This document shows positions 33,526 through 47,100 of a stretch of DNA of 64,000 nt, piece by piece. The notes beneath the pieces are model-generated. The model saw only the letters and a program-made list of their open reading frames with translations, was not told the origin of the DNA and did no database searches. This DNA comes from Kudoa neothunni (Eukaryota > Animalia > Cnidaria). Location: contig OZ199840.1 of assembly GCA_964304625.1 (NCBI GenBank), positions 3,944,490 through 4,008,489 on the forward strand, written 5' to 3'. Position 1 is the stretch's first letter; each line of letters begins with the position of its first letter. The position numbers and the translations under genes were made by a program.

Positions 33526-36500
33526 TGTAGTGTGAATTAATCACCATTAATCCGCGAAAGCGGATGAGGTTAAAAATTGTTGAACCGTGTTTCTTTCGCG
33601 CTAATAAAAACAAACAAAAATACGAAATTTTTTACCGACAATTGGGATTAACATAGTATTAGACATCCCTAAAGTTCACATCAGCCATTACAGCTAAACC
33701 ACCGTCACCCAGAAGGTTTACCGGCGCTGCCGATGATTTCGCCAAATTCCACTGTTTCTGCATGCTTCCCGCAATAGCTAGCAGCTGGAATGACTTGGAC
33801 AAAGCTAGGAATTTGCCCCCATATCTTGGAGATAATATATTCGATCTAATCGAGGCCAACGGTATAAATATGTATCGACCGATGAAGGATACATTCAACC
33901 TTATGATACAACTTTTGAATAATACATACCGTCCTATTATTTCTTCTACGTTGTCTCTACAATCGTTTTACAATTCAGCCTGGGATAATGCCACACCTTA
34001 TGCTGAATTCTGCTTCGGTGTGAACAACTTGCTTCGTAAGGCTCTACCATCTATCGACGAAGATACCGCCAAGACTCTGATTATCGACCAGTGCACGAAA
34101 TCGTTACCAGAGTATATCAAACGGATAACTGTCGCATTGAAACCTCGATCTCCTCTCGAGCTTATTCAATCGGTTGAAGAACAGCTCAATATTCCGAACC
34201 GCATTGCAGCAGTTTCGTATAACAAAAGGAAATACAAGTGCAAGAAGAGATCTTGCAAGAAGCGTGGCTCAAAAAATCACTCAACCGAAGAGTGCAAAGG
34301 TTTTGCAATATGTAAAAACTGCAACAAGAGGGGACACCTCTCACATATTTGCAAAAGCAAAAACATTAACAACATTAATTGTAATGATTCTATTTCGGAC
34401 AAAATCAGTTATTCGTGTTTTGCTTCTTCAGCGCACTTTAACCTGTCTAAACATTTTACAATACCAATTCAAATTGGAAAATGAGCTGCAACGGCTCTGA
34501 TTGACACCGGGTCTTCAATATCAACTATAAGGCATAGCTTTGCGGCGAGAATACACTCTGTTAAAACAAGTCTTACAACGGCAGACGGAAATCAAATGAA
34601 AACCATCGGCTCTGGCAATATCGAGTTCTCTCTAAATGGAAGGGTGTTTAATTGGAGTATGATCGTATGTTATAATCTGGCAACGTACTTCATCCTTGGC
34701 CGCGATTTTTTGTCCGTGCATGCTGCCCTCATCACCTGTCAGAATGGTTCCGTAACGCTCCCGACACTGCGTGAGAATACTTGTTCAATCGCTCAAAAAC
34801 AAGATCACGCAAATGTTCCTCCGCATTGTTTCAAATTCGCCGATGACCCATTTCACATTCCCACCAGAAAAATTCCGTTCGTCCTCTCTCCGGGTTTCAA
34901 AGAGCAGATAAATAACATGCTTAATGACGGTATAATACGTAAAAGTAACAGTCCGTATTCATCCCCCGTGCTTCTCGTCAAGAAGCACAACAATGAATAT
35001 AGACTCTGTGTGGATTATCGGAAACTCAACTCTCAGATAGTTCCGGAACAATTTCCTATACCACTACTCCATGACATTATCTCCACCCTCTCTTCTACCA
35101 CCTACTTTTCAAAAATAAACCTAAAATCCGGATTTTGGCAGATACCACTTCATGAACATTGTAAATATGCGATCGCTTTCTCTACTCCCTTTGGCCACTT
35201 CGAATTAACGTGTTGCACTTTGGTTTGGTAACAGCTCCATCTGCATTTCAAAGAGTCATGCTCGAAACTTTGAATGACTACATCGGGAAACTCTGCCACG
35301 TCTACCTTGACAACATCCTGATTTACCCCTCCTCTCCTAACGAGCATCCCAAATTAATTATGAAGCGTCTCACAGAATTCAACTGGAAACCTAACACCAA
35401 GAAGTGCATTTTTACAGTAACATCAATTAAATATCTCGGCTTCATAATCTCAAGAGATGGGATCACACCCGATCCTGATGGATTCAAATCAGTTGTCGAC
35501 ATTCCCATTCCCAATACTCCTCCAATCATTCATTGGCTTCGCAAACCAATACCGTGACTTAATCCCAAACTTCGCACGCATAGCACAACCTCTCTACAAT
35601 TCTATTCCCGCAAAACCCTTCGAATTATCCACCGAAGCGATTAAGCGAATAGGCCGCATCAAACATCTCTTAACATCTTCCCCACTACTCAGTCTTCCTA
35701 ACCTGAGTAAAAATTTTACAATTTCCACCGACGCTTCCGACACAGCCATCGCATCAGTGCTCTAGTAGGAAGTAAATGGCGAGAAACATGTCATCCGCTA
35801 TGCCAGCCATATCCTCAATAAATCCAAAATTAACTATTCCACCTTCGAAAAAGAAGCACTAGCATTAGTGTATGCACTCAAAACGTTTCACCAATATGTC
35901 TACGGCAAAAGAACTAAGGTACGGATGCACCATACCCTCTAACTCACTTAAAAAACATCAAAGACTCTCACGGCAGAATATCGCGTTGGCTGCTATTTCT
36001 TCAGAACTACGAAGTAGAAATAGTTTACAAACGCGGTACCGATAATGTAGACGCCGGCTTTCTATCAAGAACACAATGTAAATCAAATGCCATATCGGTC
36101 CATTTCTTATCACTCCCAGTAGACAAGTGGATACCGGCGCAAAAAGAAGACATGACCCAATCGAGCAATGCGAAATCCATTGAACAGAATAAATACAAAG
36201 GTAAGAGGGCTTACCGATCCAAGGACGGCCTCTTAGTGAGAACCCTAAAAGCCAAAAATAGAGAAATTGATCAACTTTTCATCCCACTTCAAATGCGTTC
36301 TAAAATCTTGGAGAAATTTAATGACCAATCTGGCCATCCCGGATTCTTCAAAACATTTTCGATGCTCCGAGACAACGCATTTTGGCCCGGCTGCGGATCG
36401 AAACTCACAACCCATGTGCGTTCATGTAAAACCTGTCAACTGAATCCATGATGCTCCGAAAAATCCAACTTAATACCGTTCAAAGTTACCTTTCTTTTCC

Positions 36501-37421
36501 AAATAATGGAATGGGATATCATCGAACGTCTCAATCGTACTGATAATCTGAATCAATATATACTTTGCTGTGTGGATCTTTTCACCAAATTGTCCATAGC
36601 CATTCCATTAGCTGACTTAAGAGCAGAAACAATGTGTGATAAACTCATCCAGTAAATACTGTGCAAATTGGGTAAGCCCAGACGTATACACATCGACAAC
36701 GGTAGGAACTTCATTTCGAATATCACAGTATAAATCTGTCGTGACCTTAATATTGAACTGTCTCATACTACACTACATCATCCACAAGGCAATGGTGCCG
36801 TCAAGCTCTTCAACCGAACTCTTAAACATATGACACTGAAGCTCGACGAATACAATCTACGGGACACCCATCCCCCAATGCTAGTGAACCATTACAACAA
36901 TTATACTAACGATTCAACTCGTTTTTCTCCTTTTCAATTTATTTGCGGTAAAAAAACCCAACTTTGCTGTCACACCCATTCCAACTGATGATGCCATAAA
37001 CAATTCTCCTACCACTCTGTCATATCTCAAAAACTTCAAACGCGAACTTTCACGCACGCATGCAATCGCACTTAAAATCATAAATAATTCATCCAAAAAC
37101 CCAAGAAACCACAATAATGCAAGATCCCCCAAACCCATTCGAGTGTTGTATACAAAAATCCAGCTACCAACAAGTGGTAAGGACCCTATGTAGTCCTCAA
37201 AAGATACGCTCCGTCTATCTATACAATAAGTGTAGACAATCACCCAACTATTGTTCACAGGAACAACATCAAATTGTACATGTCTCGACCTTCCCGAGAG
37301 GGGAATGTAACGGATGGCTCGCGCCAACCGCAAACGTGTTAATCGTGTCTAGTCGGTAGTTGTTATCGTATTATTATCTATGGCTTCATCTCTTGATAGC
37401 GCGGCTAATTCTACCGTTACA
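33526..37421 (+). mobile_element. Ty3/Gypsy LTR retrotransposon, decayed, single-frame gag-pol, with PPT and 3' LTR
   Basis: gag knuckle CKNCNKRGHLSHIC, protease ALIDTGSS in the gag frame after a TGA, RT SPYSSPVLLVKK/RLCVDYRKLN/YLDNILI, RNase H TDASD, integrase GHPG..CKTCQ; PPT GAGAGGGGAA; 3' LTR. Confidence 0.92.
37306..37421 (+). repeat. 3' LTR (116 bp)
   Basis: Follows the PPT directly; perfect 8-bp terminal inverted repeat TGTAACGG...CCGTTACA. Confidence 0.85.
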
Positions 37422-38704
37422 GCTATAGTTCTAACTACAGTAGATAATCGATTTTCCTTAATCTCTCAGGGACTAGAGAAAAGTTACTGAAAATGCGTCA
37501 CTGACCGATTTTGCGTACTTTGATGCGTGCGCAGAGAATTAAAATATTTTGTATTTAAATAATATAAAAAGTTTCATAATTATTAATGTTTAGAAAGATT
37601 TTTATCTTATTAACATGGCTTGAAGAAAATCTGGTGGCTATACACTTAGGTCATTATCATTCTCAATAATGTGTCCTTTAACCGAAATACTTTGTAGTTG
37701 GGCATTGAAAAATAAATTATTCGTCAGTTGAGAGATAGTAGTTAACTAACTTGCCGAATTTTTCGAAAAATACGATAATGATGTTATCTAATTTAGTTTC
37801 ATGATTAAACGTTGAGCTACGGAGATATACATATAAATTGTTAACAATATATTTGAAATTACTATTTTAACAAATTAGGTATATTTTAAATGTTTTATCA
37901 TCATTCTCATTTTCCTACTTTACTCAAATTGAATGGGTAAATATTTATTGTCGTTAATTTATCTTTAAGTCCTGTGCTGACAAATCAAAGAACGGCCTGA
38001 ACAATTATCGGCAATAAATGTATAAAATTAGTTCATAGGTCGTTTTCGAACTCTGTTCTAGAAATGAATTGGATTCCAGATGTAAATCAAAATTTACCCT
38101 AGAAAAATAATTATATATCAACATTGAAATAATCCGGCGTTGTTTTGTTGATTGAATAATATAGTTTTATATTAATTGTGCAAAAATGGCGGCAGAAGAT
38201 TTTGTAGCAATAATACTCAATTTGTTCTATTAGTTATGGTAACGGTTTTGAGTGCATCAATAGCCACTCAAGATAACTGAAAATTTGTAAATTAAGGCGC
38301 GACATATAATCATAAATTCCCCTAAAAGTAATAAATGTTTTTGATTGAAACTCCTTTACTAATTTTTTTGCATATTTAATGGTCTATAATAAATCTTAAT
38401 TCTTAACTCTAATGTCTAAAATCAATTATAAACTATAACATAAAATTTTTTATTTGATCCTTTTTCAAAATATTTCTTTCGAATGAATCCAAACTTATTT
38501 TACATGAGGAAATCAATTAGACATCATTGTCTCGGGAGTTTACAAAGCAGAAATAGGTAAAAGATTAAAATCGCGAAAAGAATAAGATATACCGACTTTC
38601 ATTCGCAAATTTTAAAAAATGGAAAAACAATAAACTTTACTATATATCTAAATTATTTAAAATGTTATCATAAATGTAATTAATTAAAGAAGGATTTTGA
38701 AAAT

Positions 38705-40625
38705 TAGGGTTGGCGAGTTTCGACGTTTTTTTCACAAATCGACGGTTTTAATCGGTTGGAATAAATAAAAATTTAAATCGATGATATTTGCGCAAAAAAA
38801 TAAAATAGTCAAAAATCGACCTAAATACTGACTAATAAGTAACATTATAGTTGAGATGTATTGTGAGGGACCATTGAAATTTAACACTGATAACATTGTG
38901 AAACGTTCATCTGAAAGATTCATTATTTCCTTGCCAAAAACATGCCTTAATTTTGAAAAGCTCCTTTCGACGTTGATGGATAATACAGGAATAGCCAATA
39001 AATCCTCAGAAAGTTGTGATTGAACTGGACAGATGTTTGATTTATTCTTCCAAAAATTATTGTTGATGGGTGAGTCTGATTCTTTCAAAATTTTGCAGAG
39101 GAGATCATATTCTTTTTGAATTTCAGATTTCTCATTTATCTCTAAAAATAAATAAGACCGGCAATTTCAATATTTTCGATTGTAATTTTATTTTTCGGAT
39201 CAATTTCTTTAATCGTTTGGAAAAATGTAGTTGATGGCAAACAATCGTTAACACTATTTGATAATGACTGGTGAATCTCATAAAAAATTTTAGAACAGAA
39301 ACTTTCTGTTTTAATCATTAATGACTTATAAATTCAAATAGAATAAGTCCAAGAATATCATTGTAAGCTGTGATTAAATCTTTCAGGTTAGTTCTGAAGC
39401 TATCTTTTACCCAATCAGCAATATTTGAAATAGAGCAGTTTTCTTCAGTTTCGATGAATCGAGAGAATTCAAAAAATGACGTTATTTCATCTTTTAAAAT
39501 ATTTAATTGACAATAAAATATGTTAAAATTATCTGAAATAATTTCAATTATTGAGTTTAATTTTTTTCCTGTTCCATAATTTTTAATTTATTTTAAGAAA
39601 TCAGTGACTGCAGAATAGTATTCTTTTATGTATTTTAAACAGTTAAAGAAACTGTACCATCGTATGTCCAAAACACGAGGAATTTCCTTCGTTGTTTGGA
39701 AGTTATTTTTAAGGTGAACCCGTAATTTCCTTTTATAATTCCTATTTTTCGATAAAAGGGTTGAAAACTTCATGGTAAACCTTTTTATGTCGGAAAGTGT
39801 TCATTTGTAGCTTTTTGAAATGTCAAATGAATAATATGTGAAAAACATGGAATTCTGATGATAGCTGGATACATGGTTCTCAAATCCTTAAAATATTTTT
39901 TCATGTACCGTGCTGAGTAAGAAACAATCGCAATGCATTTATCCCATTTCAAATCGTACCGATTTAGCACACTGGATATGAGATCAGCTGTGATTACGGA
40001 TTTGCATTGAACAAGCCTCGAAGAATCAAACATTATAGTTCTCCGTTTACCAGTAACACAATCATGAAAAGAAGCTAACGTATTGAAAATCGGCCTATTT
40101 TTTGAATCAGGAAACTCATCAATTATTAAACTGAATCGTACATCCCTCATCACTGATTTAATGTTATCGACACCTTATTGGAATACAACCGAAAAATATT
40201 TATCAATTAATGTTTTCTCATCTGGCAAGGATCTTGACGCTGGGCAATACTTAGAAAGGAACTTCCTCAAGTTACTCTTTTTACTAATTGCATCAAATGG
40301 AAGATCGTCAAAAATTACAATCTTCATCAAATCGATTGCAATATCATTTAATTTCGATCTATCAAGATTTAGAATATTTTTTAAGGGTATTGTTTTAGAA
40401 ACATTTGACTTTATTGACAAATGTTTCTGTGAACTGAAATGTTCTTGAATTTTGTTTTGTTTAGGCAGAAACAGAACCTTGCAATATTTACAAGACAAAG
40501 AATCACCAACAGCCTCTAAATCAGCCCACTCAACTAAATAATTAATAATATCACGTCGCTTCCTACCCATTTTAATTCAATGTTAACGCGCCATAATCGA
40601 TTTTAATCGAAACTCGCCAACCCTA
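38705..40625 (-). mobile_element. hAT transposon with a CGGBP1-like transposase pseudogene (hAT19-like)
   Basis: Perfect 19-bp TIR TAGGGTTGGCGAGTTTCGA; ORF pieces from 40570 down to about 38840 with C2H2 finger, IIDE, CFSH, RW and VERSFS motifs; stops and frameshifts. Confidence 0.9.
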
Positions 40626-42001
40626 TTTATAAATTAATTGTTTCTTTTAACTTTTTATTTTTATTGCATAAAATAAACTCTCTCAATTTACAAAAATAGT
40701 TTTTACTCTGATAATTATGTGAAAGTACGTAAGATTGGTTATTACGGAAAATCGATTACCTATTGTATTAGGCAACTAAACTCACACCGTCTTGCTTGAT
40801 GCTCATTTTAATCGAGGACTGCCTTATATTATCACAAGAAATTATCAAATTGATTGAAAGAAATATAACTTTGAACGAATACCCCTGCAGTTTAAAGCTT
40901 TAATTTTGACAACGTTTTAGTGAGCTCAAACCATTATAAAACATTGATCAAAAACTCCATTTTTCAGGGAAATTAAAACCCTTCTGTTATAAAAAAGGCT
41001 CTTACACTAATCTATTAGTATATATTAATTTTTTTAAAAAATAATAAAACTAGGATTTTCCAGTGTAGCGCTAAGAGATAGATATTTTAACAATTTTGTA
41101 TTAAATATATAGTCACCGAATTTCTCCGAATGCCTATTGAATGGGTTTAATTTTTCATCGTATATTGTGTTTTATAATTCTAATTTTAATCATTGGATAT
41201 TTTGTGGCCTAAAATTTAATTAAGAAATATAAGACGACTAAATAAAACGGGGTTTGGTTATATAGAATGTATTGTGCGCAATACTGTTTAACTAAACTGA
41301 AAACATGTTTCAAACTATTTTCAATTGGTGAGAATGTAAATTATGTAGAGTGAGGTTCTTCATAAACTAATAATTAAATCATTTAGAAATTTATTCTATG
41401 TATGTAAACAACATTTAAACATATTGTGAATATTTATCTATCAGTCAATTATTCTCTGCGATATAATTAAACTACAACGCCTTGCTATGGATAGTTAATC
41501 TTACTACTGTTCGCTAGTAATAGATTACCAGAATGTGTATTTGTGTGTGTTTATATCCATGTCTAATGCGACCGAGGTATAAATGACAACAAATTAATAT
41601 TTATGGTATAATTGACGAGATGGTGGTTTGTGTTATTGTAATAGTAAAAATAAGTATTTTTAGCGTACATCAATTTGACAAGGATAACTGACGATCTTAT
41701 CATTATTTTCGATGTAAAATAACTTGTTTAGTAATAAAATATTAATATCCAGTGACGAAAGGTTATCCAATATTTCAATTTTAAATATTAAAGATAATAC
41801 CCCGGGATTGAGATCAAAATTCGTTGACGCAATACTATCGAACACTTCAAATAAAAAATAAAAAATTTTCGTAAATCTAAACAAAATTAATCAAATATTT
41901 GCGCTGCATAAAATATTTTTTTCTAATTCCACTTATCATATAACGAATAGGCCACGAATATTAAAGACTTAAGAATCAGTTTTAGCAGTAGATCCGGTGG
42001 A

Positions 42002-43056
42002 ATGGAGAATAAAGTTTGCATTGTTACAGGAAGCGATCGTGGCATTGGAAGAGAAATCTCATTGGGATTGGCAAAACAACATTACCACGTAGAATATTTT
42101 CATTTCTTGTTCGCTCTATTGATCAATAAATATAAGATTGTAATGGCTTGTATTGATGTGCTGTCGGCGGAGAAAACCAGAATCGAGCTCATTCAAGAAT
42201 CCAACAACGAACAAATTGAAATTATGTATATTGATTTAGGCAACATTCAGTCGGTGAACGATTTCTGTGATGAGGTGAAGAAAAAATTTGAAAAAATTGA
42301 CATCCTGGTCAACAACGCTGGAGTAATGCTCAACAATTTCACCAATACTATCGATGGTTTTGAAGCAATGTTTCAAATCAACTATCTCTCAGCGTTTCAT
42401 CTTACTTGCAGATTGTTGCCATTACTATCAAGATCTTACGATGGCCGTATCTTGAATATATCCACCAAAAATTACAAATTTGGTAAAAGCTTTTTTCATA
42501 GTTTTGTGAAAAAATATGATATTTCACTAAACTCTGAACAGTTAAAGTATTTTCCTCGCCGTTTATTTTTTGTGGTCATTTAAATGTGTAGATCAGTGTC
42601 AATGGAGCATTTGAAAAGAAGTTACACAACTCTTAAAGCATACGGGTTTTCGAAGTATCTCTTTATTGTGTTTTCGGCGGAGCTTGCAAAGAGGACCAAA
42701 AAATGGGGCTACAACTATTTGAGCGTGATGAGCGTAGACACAGGGATAGCAAAAACCCAACTTGCAGATGATATTCAGTAATTCAACAACAGTGATTGTG
42801 ATTAGTCCGTTAACGTCATTATAATTATAGCCAATCTTGGAAAGGCAGTCTCAGTAAATTATACTTTTCTATCCACGGCACTACCCCGGATAAAGCTGCG
42901 ATGACCCCGCTTTTCTATGCTTTGGAACCCAACATATCGCGCTATAACGGAACCTTTTGCACAGCACCTTCGGTATCAAAAGACCCTTATGACAATGCGG
43001 AAATTCAAATAGAAGGAGAAATCCTTTGGAATCTAAGCTCGAAATTGCTTTCCTAG
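42002..43056 (+). CDS. Short-chain dehydrogenase/reductase, retinol dehydrogenase 11-14-like; exons 42002-42088, 42137-42482 (or -42546), 42592-42777, 42831-43056
   Basis: VTGSDRGIG, DLG, ILVNNAGVM, FQINYL, catalytic YGFSK, C-terminal LWNLSSKLL; the second junction is ambiguous. Confidence 0.88.
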
Positions 43057-43219
43057 TTTTACTAATTCATAAGTTAAATCTCGGTTTGATTCATGATGCT
43101 AATTTTTGATTATATTTCCTATTGAATATATACGATTCGTTTAATTTATTTGAAACTTCATAGAAAAATTGAATAGTTTAAGTTTTCCGTTAAATTCATT
43201 CCTGAGCCGGGCCATTTAA

Positions 43220-44100
43220 CCCTCTGAGAAAATGGGGTTCGTCATGACCCTAAGTCTGACTTAGTTCTGCAACAATGTTTTTACTGTTGATATAATTTTA
43301 AAGTACTGCATAAATTAACTTATATTTATTTTACTTGTATTCCTCATAAAATTATAAAAAGGTAATATCAAAAGCGCAATAAAATAATTGACATGCATAT
43401 ACTTTAGGTGCAAAGTGAAATCAGTATTGTATTTAACGGATATGTTCTTAAAACTTTTAAAAATCAACATTTTAAGTAATCGAAATTATAAAGAGGGTAT
43501 TTTGAATACATTTATTTTAAATATACAAGATAATATACATCTTTTCTTCCTTTGACAAACATATGCCATCTCATGATTAATAGACAATGTCAACTGGATC
43601 TTAGGAATAAAACCAATAGAAGTTGGCTTTAAAAATGAATCTAAGTATACAATAATTAATTCAGTTCCAAGTTATTTATTTTTAAAGTTTTTAAAATTAA
43701 TGGTAGTTTCAAAATAATAAAATCACACTTATCTTTTTTTACTTTTTAAATCATGCGGAACAGAATAATATAACGATTCAGTTCTATCACTAGGAAGTGA
43801 GTACATAAGCTCTCTATCTGAAAGTATCAAAGCATTGAACAAAATTATGAAAATAATGCCACTGAGAGCTAAAAAATCGACATAAAGGGGATATTGTGGA
43901 GCTTTCCAGTGCCCATAGTTTCTAAAACTTAGTTTGAAAATATAAGCGTTCATCCAACAAAATTGTTTTTACCGTTTAAAACGATGTTGCGATATTTTGG
44001 ATTGTTTTATTGTGTTTGGTACAATCATTATTTGTACGTGCATTCTACAATATATAAAAATCTTTTGGAGAGGCTCATTATAAAAAAATTTGGTTGATAT
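43220..44100 (-). mobile_element. piggyBac-like relic
   Basis: TTAA|CCCTCTG...GGGGTTCGTCATGACCC end; decayed NAYIF transposase-like peptide; far boundary uncertain. Confidence 0.45.
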
Positions 44101-46599
44101 AACTATTATTGAACCTATAGGCTATATTAGTATCCTAACATCCTCCAATTAACAGAAAGGGAGAATTATTATCAGAGTTATTTAATCACAGCCAAACAAG
44201 GGAAATATACCGCTAAATCTTTTCGAGATTAGGTTTTATCATATTTCAAGATTGTTACATTTCAACTAAGTAAACAAATCATAAGTAAAAATTTTCTCAC
44301 CTACTTAGTCCGTTAAGATAATTTGATAAAGGAGGAGCCTAAATCTATTCTGCAAAGCAAAAAAATCACCATAGTAGAAACGTTCGTCTTCATAAAAAGG
44401 AATGCTATTTTAAACAATATATGTACCTCAAGCCCCCTAATATATAGACTTAATATTTTAGTTATCAGCCACAATGACACGTGTATATCAAATATTCCTT
44501 ATTTGAAAAAAATAATGGAAAAATTGAAATTCAATTGAAAATAAAAGGTTTATCTGATTATTTCATACGCCATTAAACGAATCAAGTATATATATTGGGA
44601 TCAAATAATTGTTTTTCTCTCTTTTACCAGCTTAAAAATTTCTAAAGAAATAAATAACCCATTTTGTAGTCATTTAACGCGATAAAAAGGTACTTTCAAT
44701 TTTTGTTGTTTCAATAATAATGGCGTTTACATTACGACATTAACATATGAAAGTAATAGGTTAACAATAAAACCATGTCAATAAGTTTTTTAACAAAAAT
44801 AGAATCAAATATATAATGTACTATGTAAGCCAAACAAATTAATTTTAAGTTGTTATTCCTTATAGTAAATAAAACAATCGATAAATTGGATGGGATGATT
44901 GCTTTTGTTCACATATTTAAACAAAGATGACCAATAATAATTTCTTGTAGCATTATTATCCTATCTAAAATCAATGCAAACGCATTATTCAAAGTAATCT
45001 TTGACTGAAAAAAGAGATCCATCGCCACTTTCTAAAAGATATATAGGGGAAGTTATATATACACTGCTTATTCGAAAAATTCGAACAAAGAGTTTATCAA
45101 ATGAACTTTCCTTGTTCCAAAGTGATAACAACTGATAATCTAACTTAATTTAAATAGCCTGACGTAACTATTTTGTTCAGGACAGTGACAAAAACTAAAT
45201 ATCCCATGTTCAATTTGCAGAAACTATATTACCCAATATATTTAATGAATAATTTCGTAATTAGGATTGAATTTTTATATATTTTAATCTAGGATCAAAT
45301 TTCTCTACTCATTCCCTTGAATCTCATAAATTAAGCTCATAAATATTAATTTACTGATAATAAACGATCAGTTGATGTGAGACCACGAAACTGATTAAAT
45401 CAGATTAATTCATAATTTCAACGCAATTTTTCTCAATTCAATTCCTTTAAAAACTGTGCACATTTTAGAAATGGATATTTAAATATTTATAGAGTATAAT
45501 TAGTACCTAAAAACCTAGGCTCATGCAGAGACCAAACTGCTCGGATAGCAGTTATTTTGTCTATACAAGATTATAGATGAATAGTATATATTTATATGAT
45601 ATAAATATGTTTAAATTAATATTTTCTATCTATTACATAAATGTGAATATGGCATATAATCCGTCTGTTATTAATATTTCTAAACAAATTAATATTTTTT
45701 ATATACAAAACAGGAATCTACTAACTTTGAATATACAGTCGATGATGGGTGGTTCGTAACTTACGAAAATATGTAAAAATTAGAAATTATAAAGAAAATG
45801 AATAATTAAACCTTAACTCAAAATACACAGTAGAGTATACACATTAAGTGAAAAAATTATTGGCAAGTTTCCCTTATTTTTATAGGACTGACGCATGATT
45901 CGTAACTTTTCGGGTGAACAAACGTTTAGATTTTTTGTATAAACTATTGATTAAAGATAAAAATACAAAACAATATTAGATCTATTTCTGAATAATAAAA
46001 AATAATAAATTATTTTGGACAGTCAATTAAAAGCAGAGATAAAATCAAGAACTACATAACGTTGTAGTACATCATCCTTATCTACATTGTTTGTTTAAAT
46101 AAAAAGGATGATATAATGGACGAATTTAAGAGCAGTTTGATCTTTGAAAATACGACATACTTAAAAAACAATAAAAGACAGATTTTTTTGTTTTTAAACA
46201 AAGCCAGTGGTCATGTAAATTTGATGATTCAAACATTAAACTAATTTTTATTCCCAAAAACACTCCGAGTACTCTCCGACCCATAGAAGAGAGCATAATA
46301 TGCTCGTTAAATCCCACTATAAAGTAAATAGGATAAAACTCTACATTTCTTTCACCATAGCTTCGATGGAACCTGTATCTCCTAATATTTTGAACGCTCT
46401 TTTTTGATTGCAAATTTTTTGAATTTGATGACTACGTCAACTATTTTTAATTGTTTTGTTATGGCGAAATCTAATCCCAACAAATATTTCTATTATTACT
46501 GATAATTTAGATAAAAACGACGATTAAATTTAGAATACAAATTTCTTAATGAGATAAATGAAATGAACAATGATGAATTAATATAAAACGTCGTGGCTA

Positions 46600-47100
46600 T
46601 CGGAAATGACAATCTTTCCGATGAACATGAAAATATCATAAAAGTTAATGGATATCCAGACAATGTCACAGAAATTGCAATAAAAGAGGATATTTGTATT
46701 TCAAATATAAAAAAATAAAATATTAATCTCTAGATATGTCCTATTTTTTGTTTGGCAAATTTAAGCAATACCTTATCGAGCATGATTAAAAATACGAATA
46801 TACTTGAAGATATTGAATAATTATAAAACACGGAAAATACTAAAATTACGAATATTTTTACGAGAAATAAATTATATTAATTATCAACTCCATCTACCTT
46901 GTGTGGATTTGGAACAACGAAGCGGGCGTGTCTTCCAAAAATTACGAAACGAGCCGTCATCTACTGTACTGTATCATTTGAACGTAATTTTCTATTAGTT
47001 TGATTTCACGGGCATTTGTCCCAAAAATAATAATTGAAAATATTAATGTCGGGACTATTTATAATCGTCGATTTTATGGCTATATTTAACCTAATCATCC
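46600..47100 (+). pseudogene. Possible Penelope-like (RT/GIY-YIG) relic
   Basis: NGYP motif, then decayed YQL..PC...Q.S.R....R.E..S.V..H; heavily mutated. Confidence 0.3.

Noticed and set aside
34482-34484. TGA between gag and protease as programmed readthrough
   Set aside because: It lies 6 codons before the protease DTG, inside the domain, and the element has many other stops and frameshifts; decay is more likely
42542-42546. 5-nt microexon TTAAA between AG and GT in the SDR gene
   Set aside because: Including it gives 850 nt, which is out of frame, and loses the YGFSK motif
44100-45150. Possible Penelope-like RT relic on minus (VAM, NHP fragments)
   Set aside because: Too decayed to call by eye
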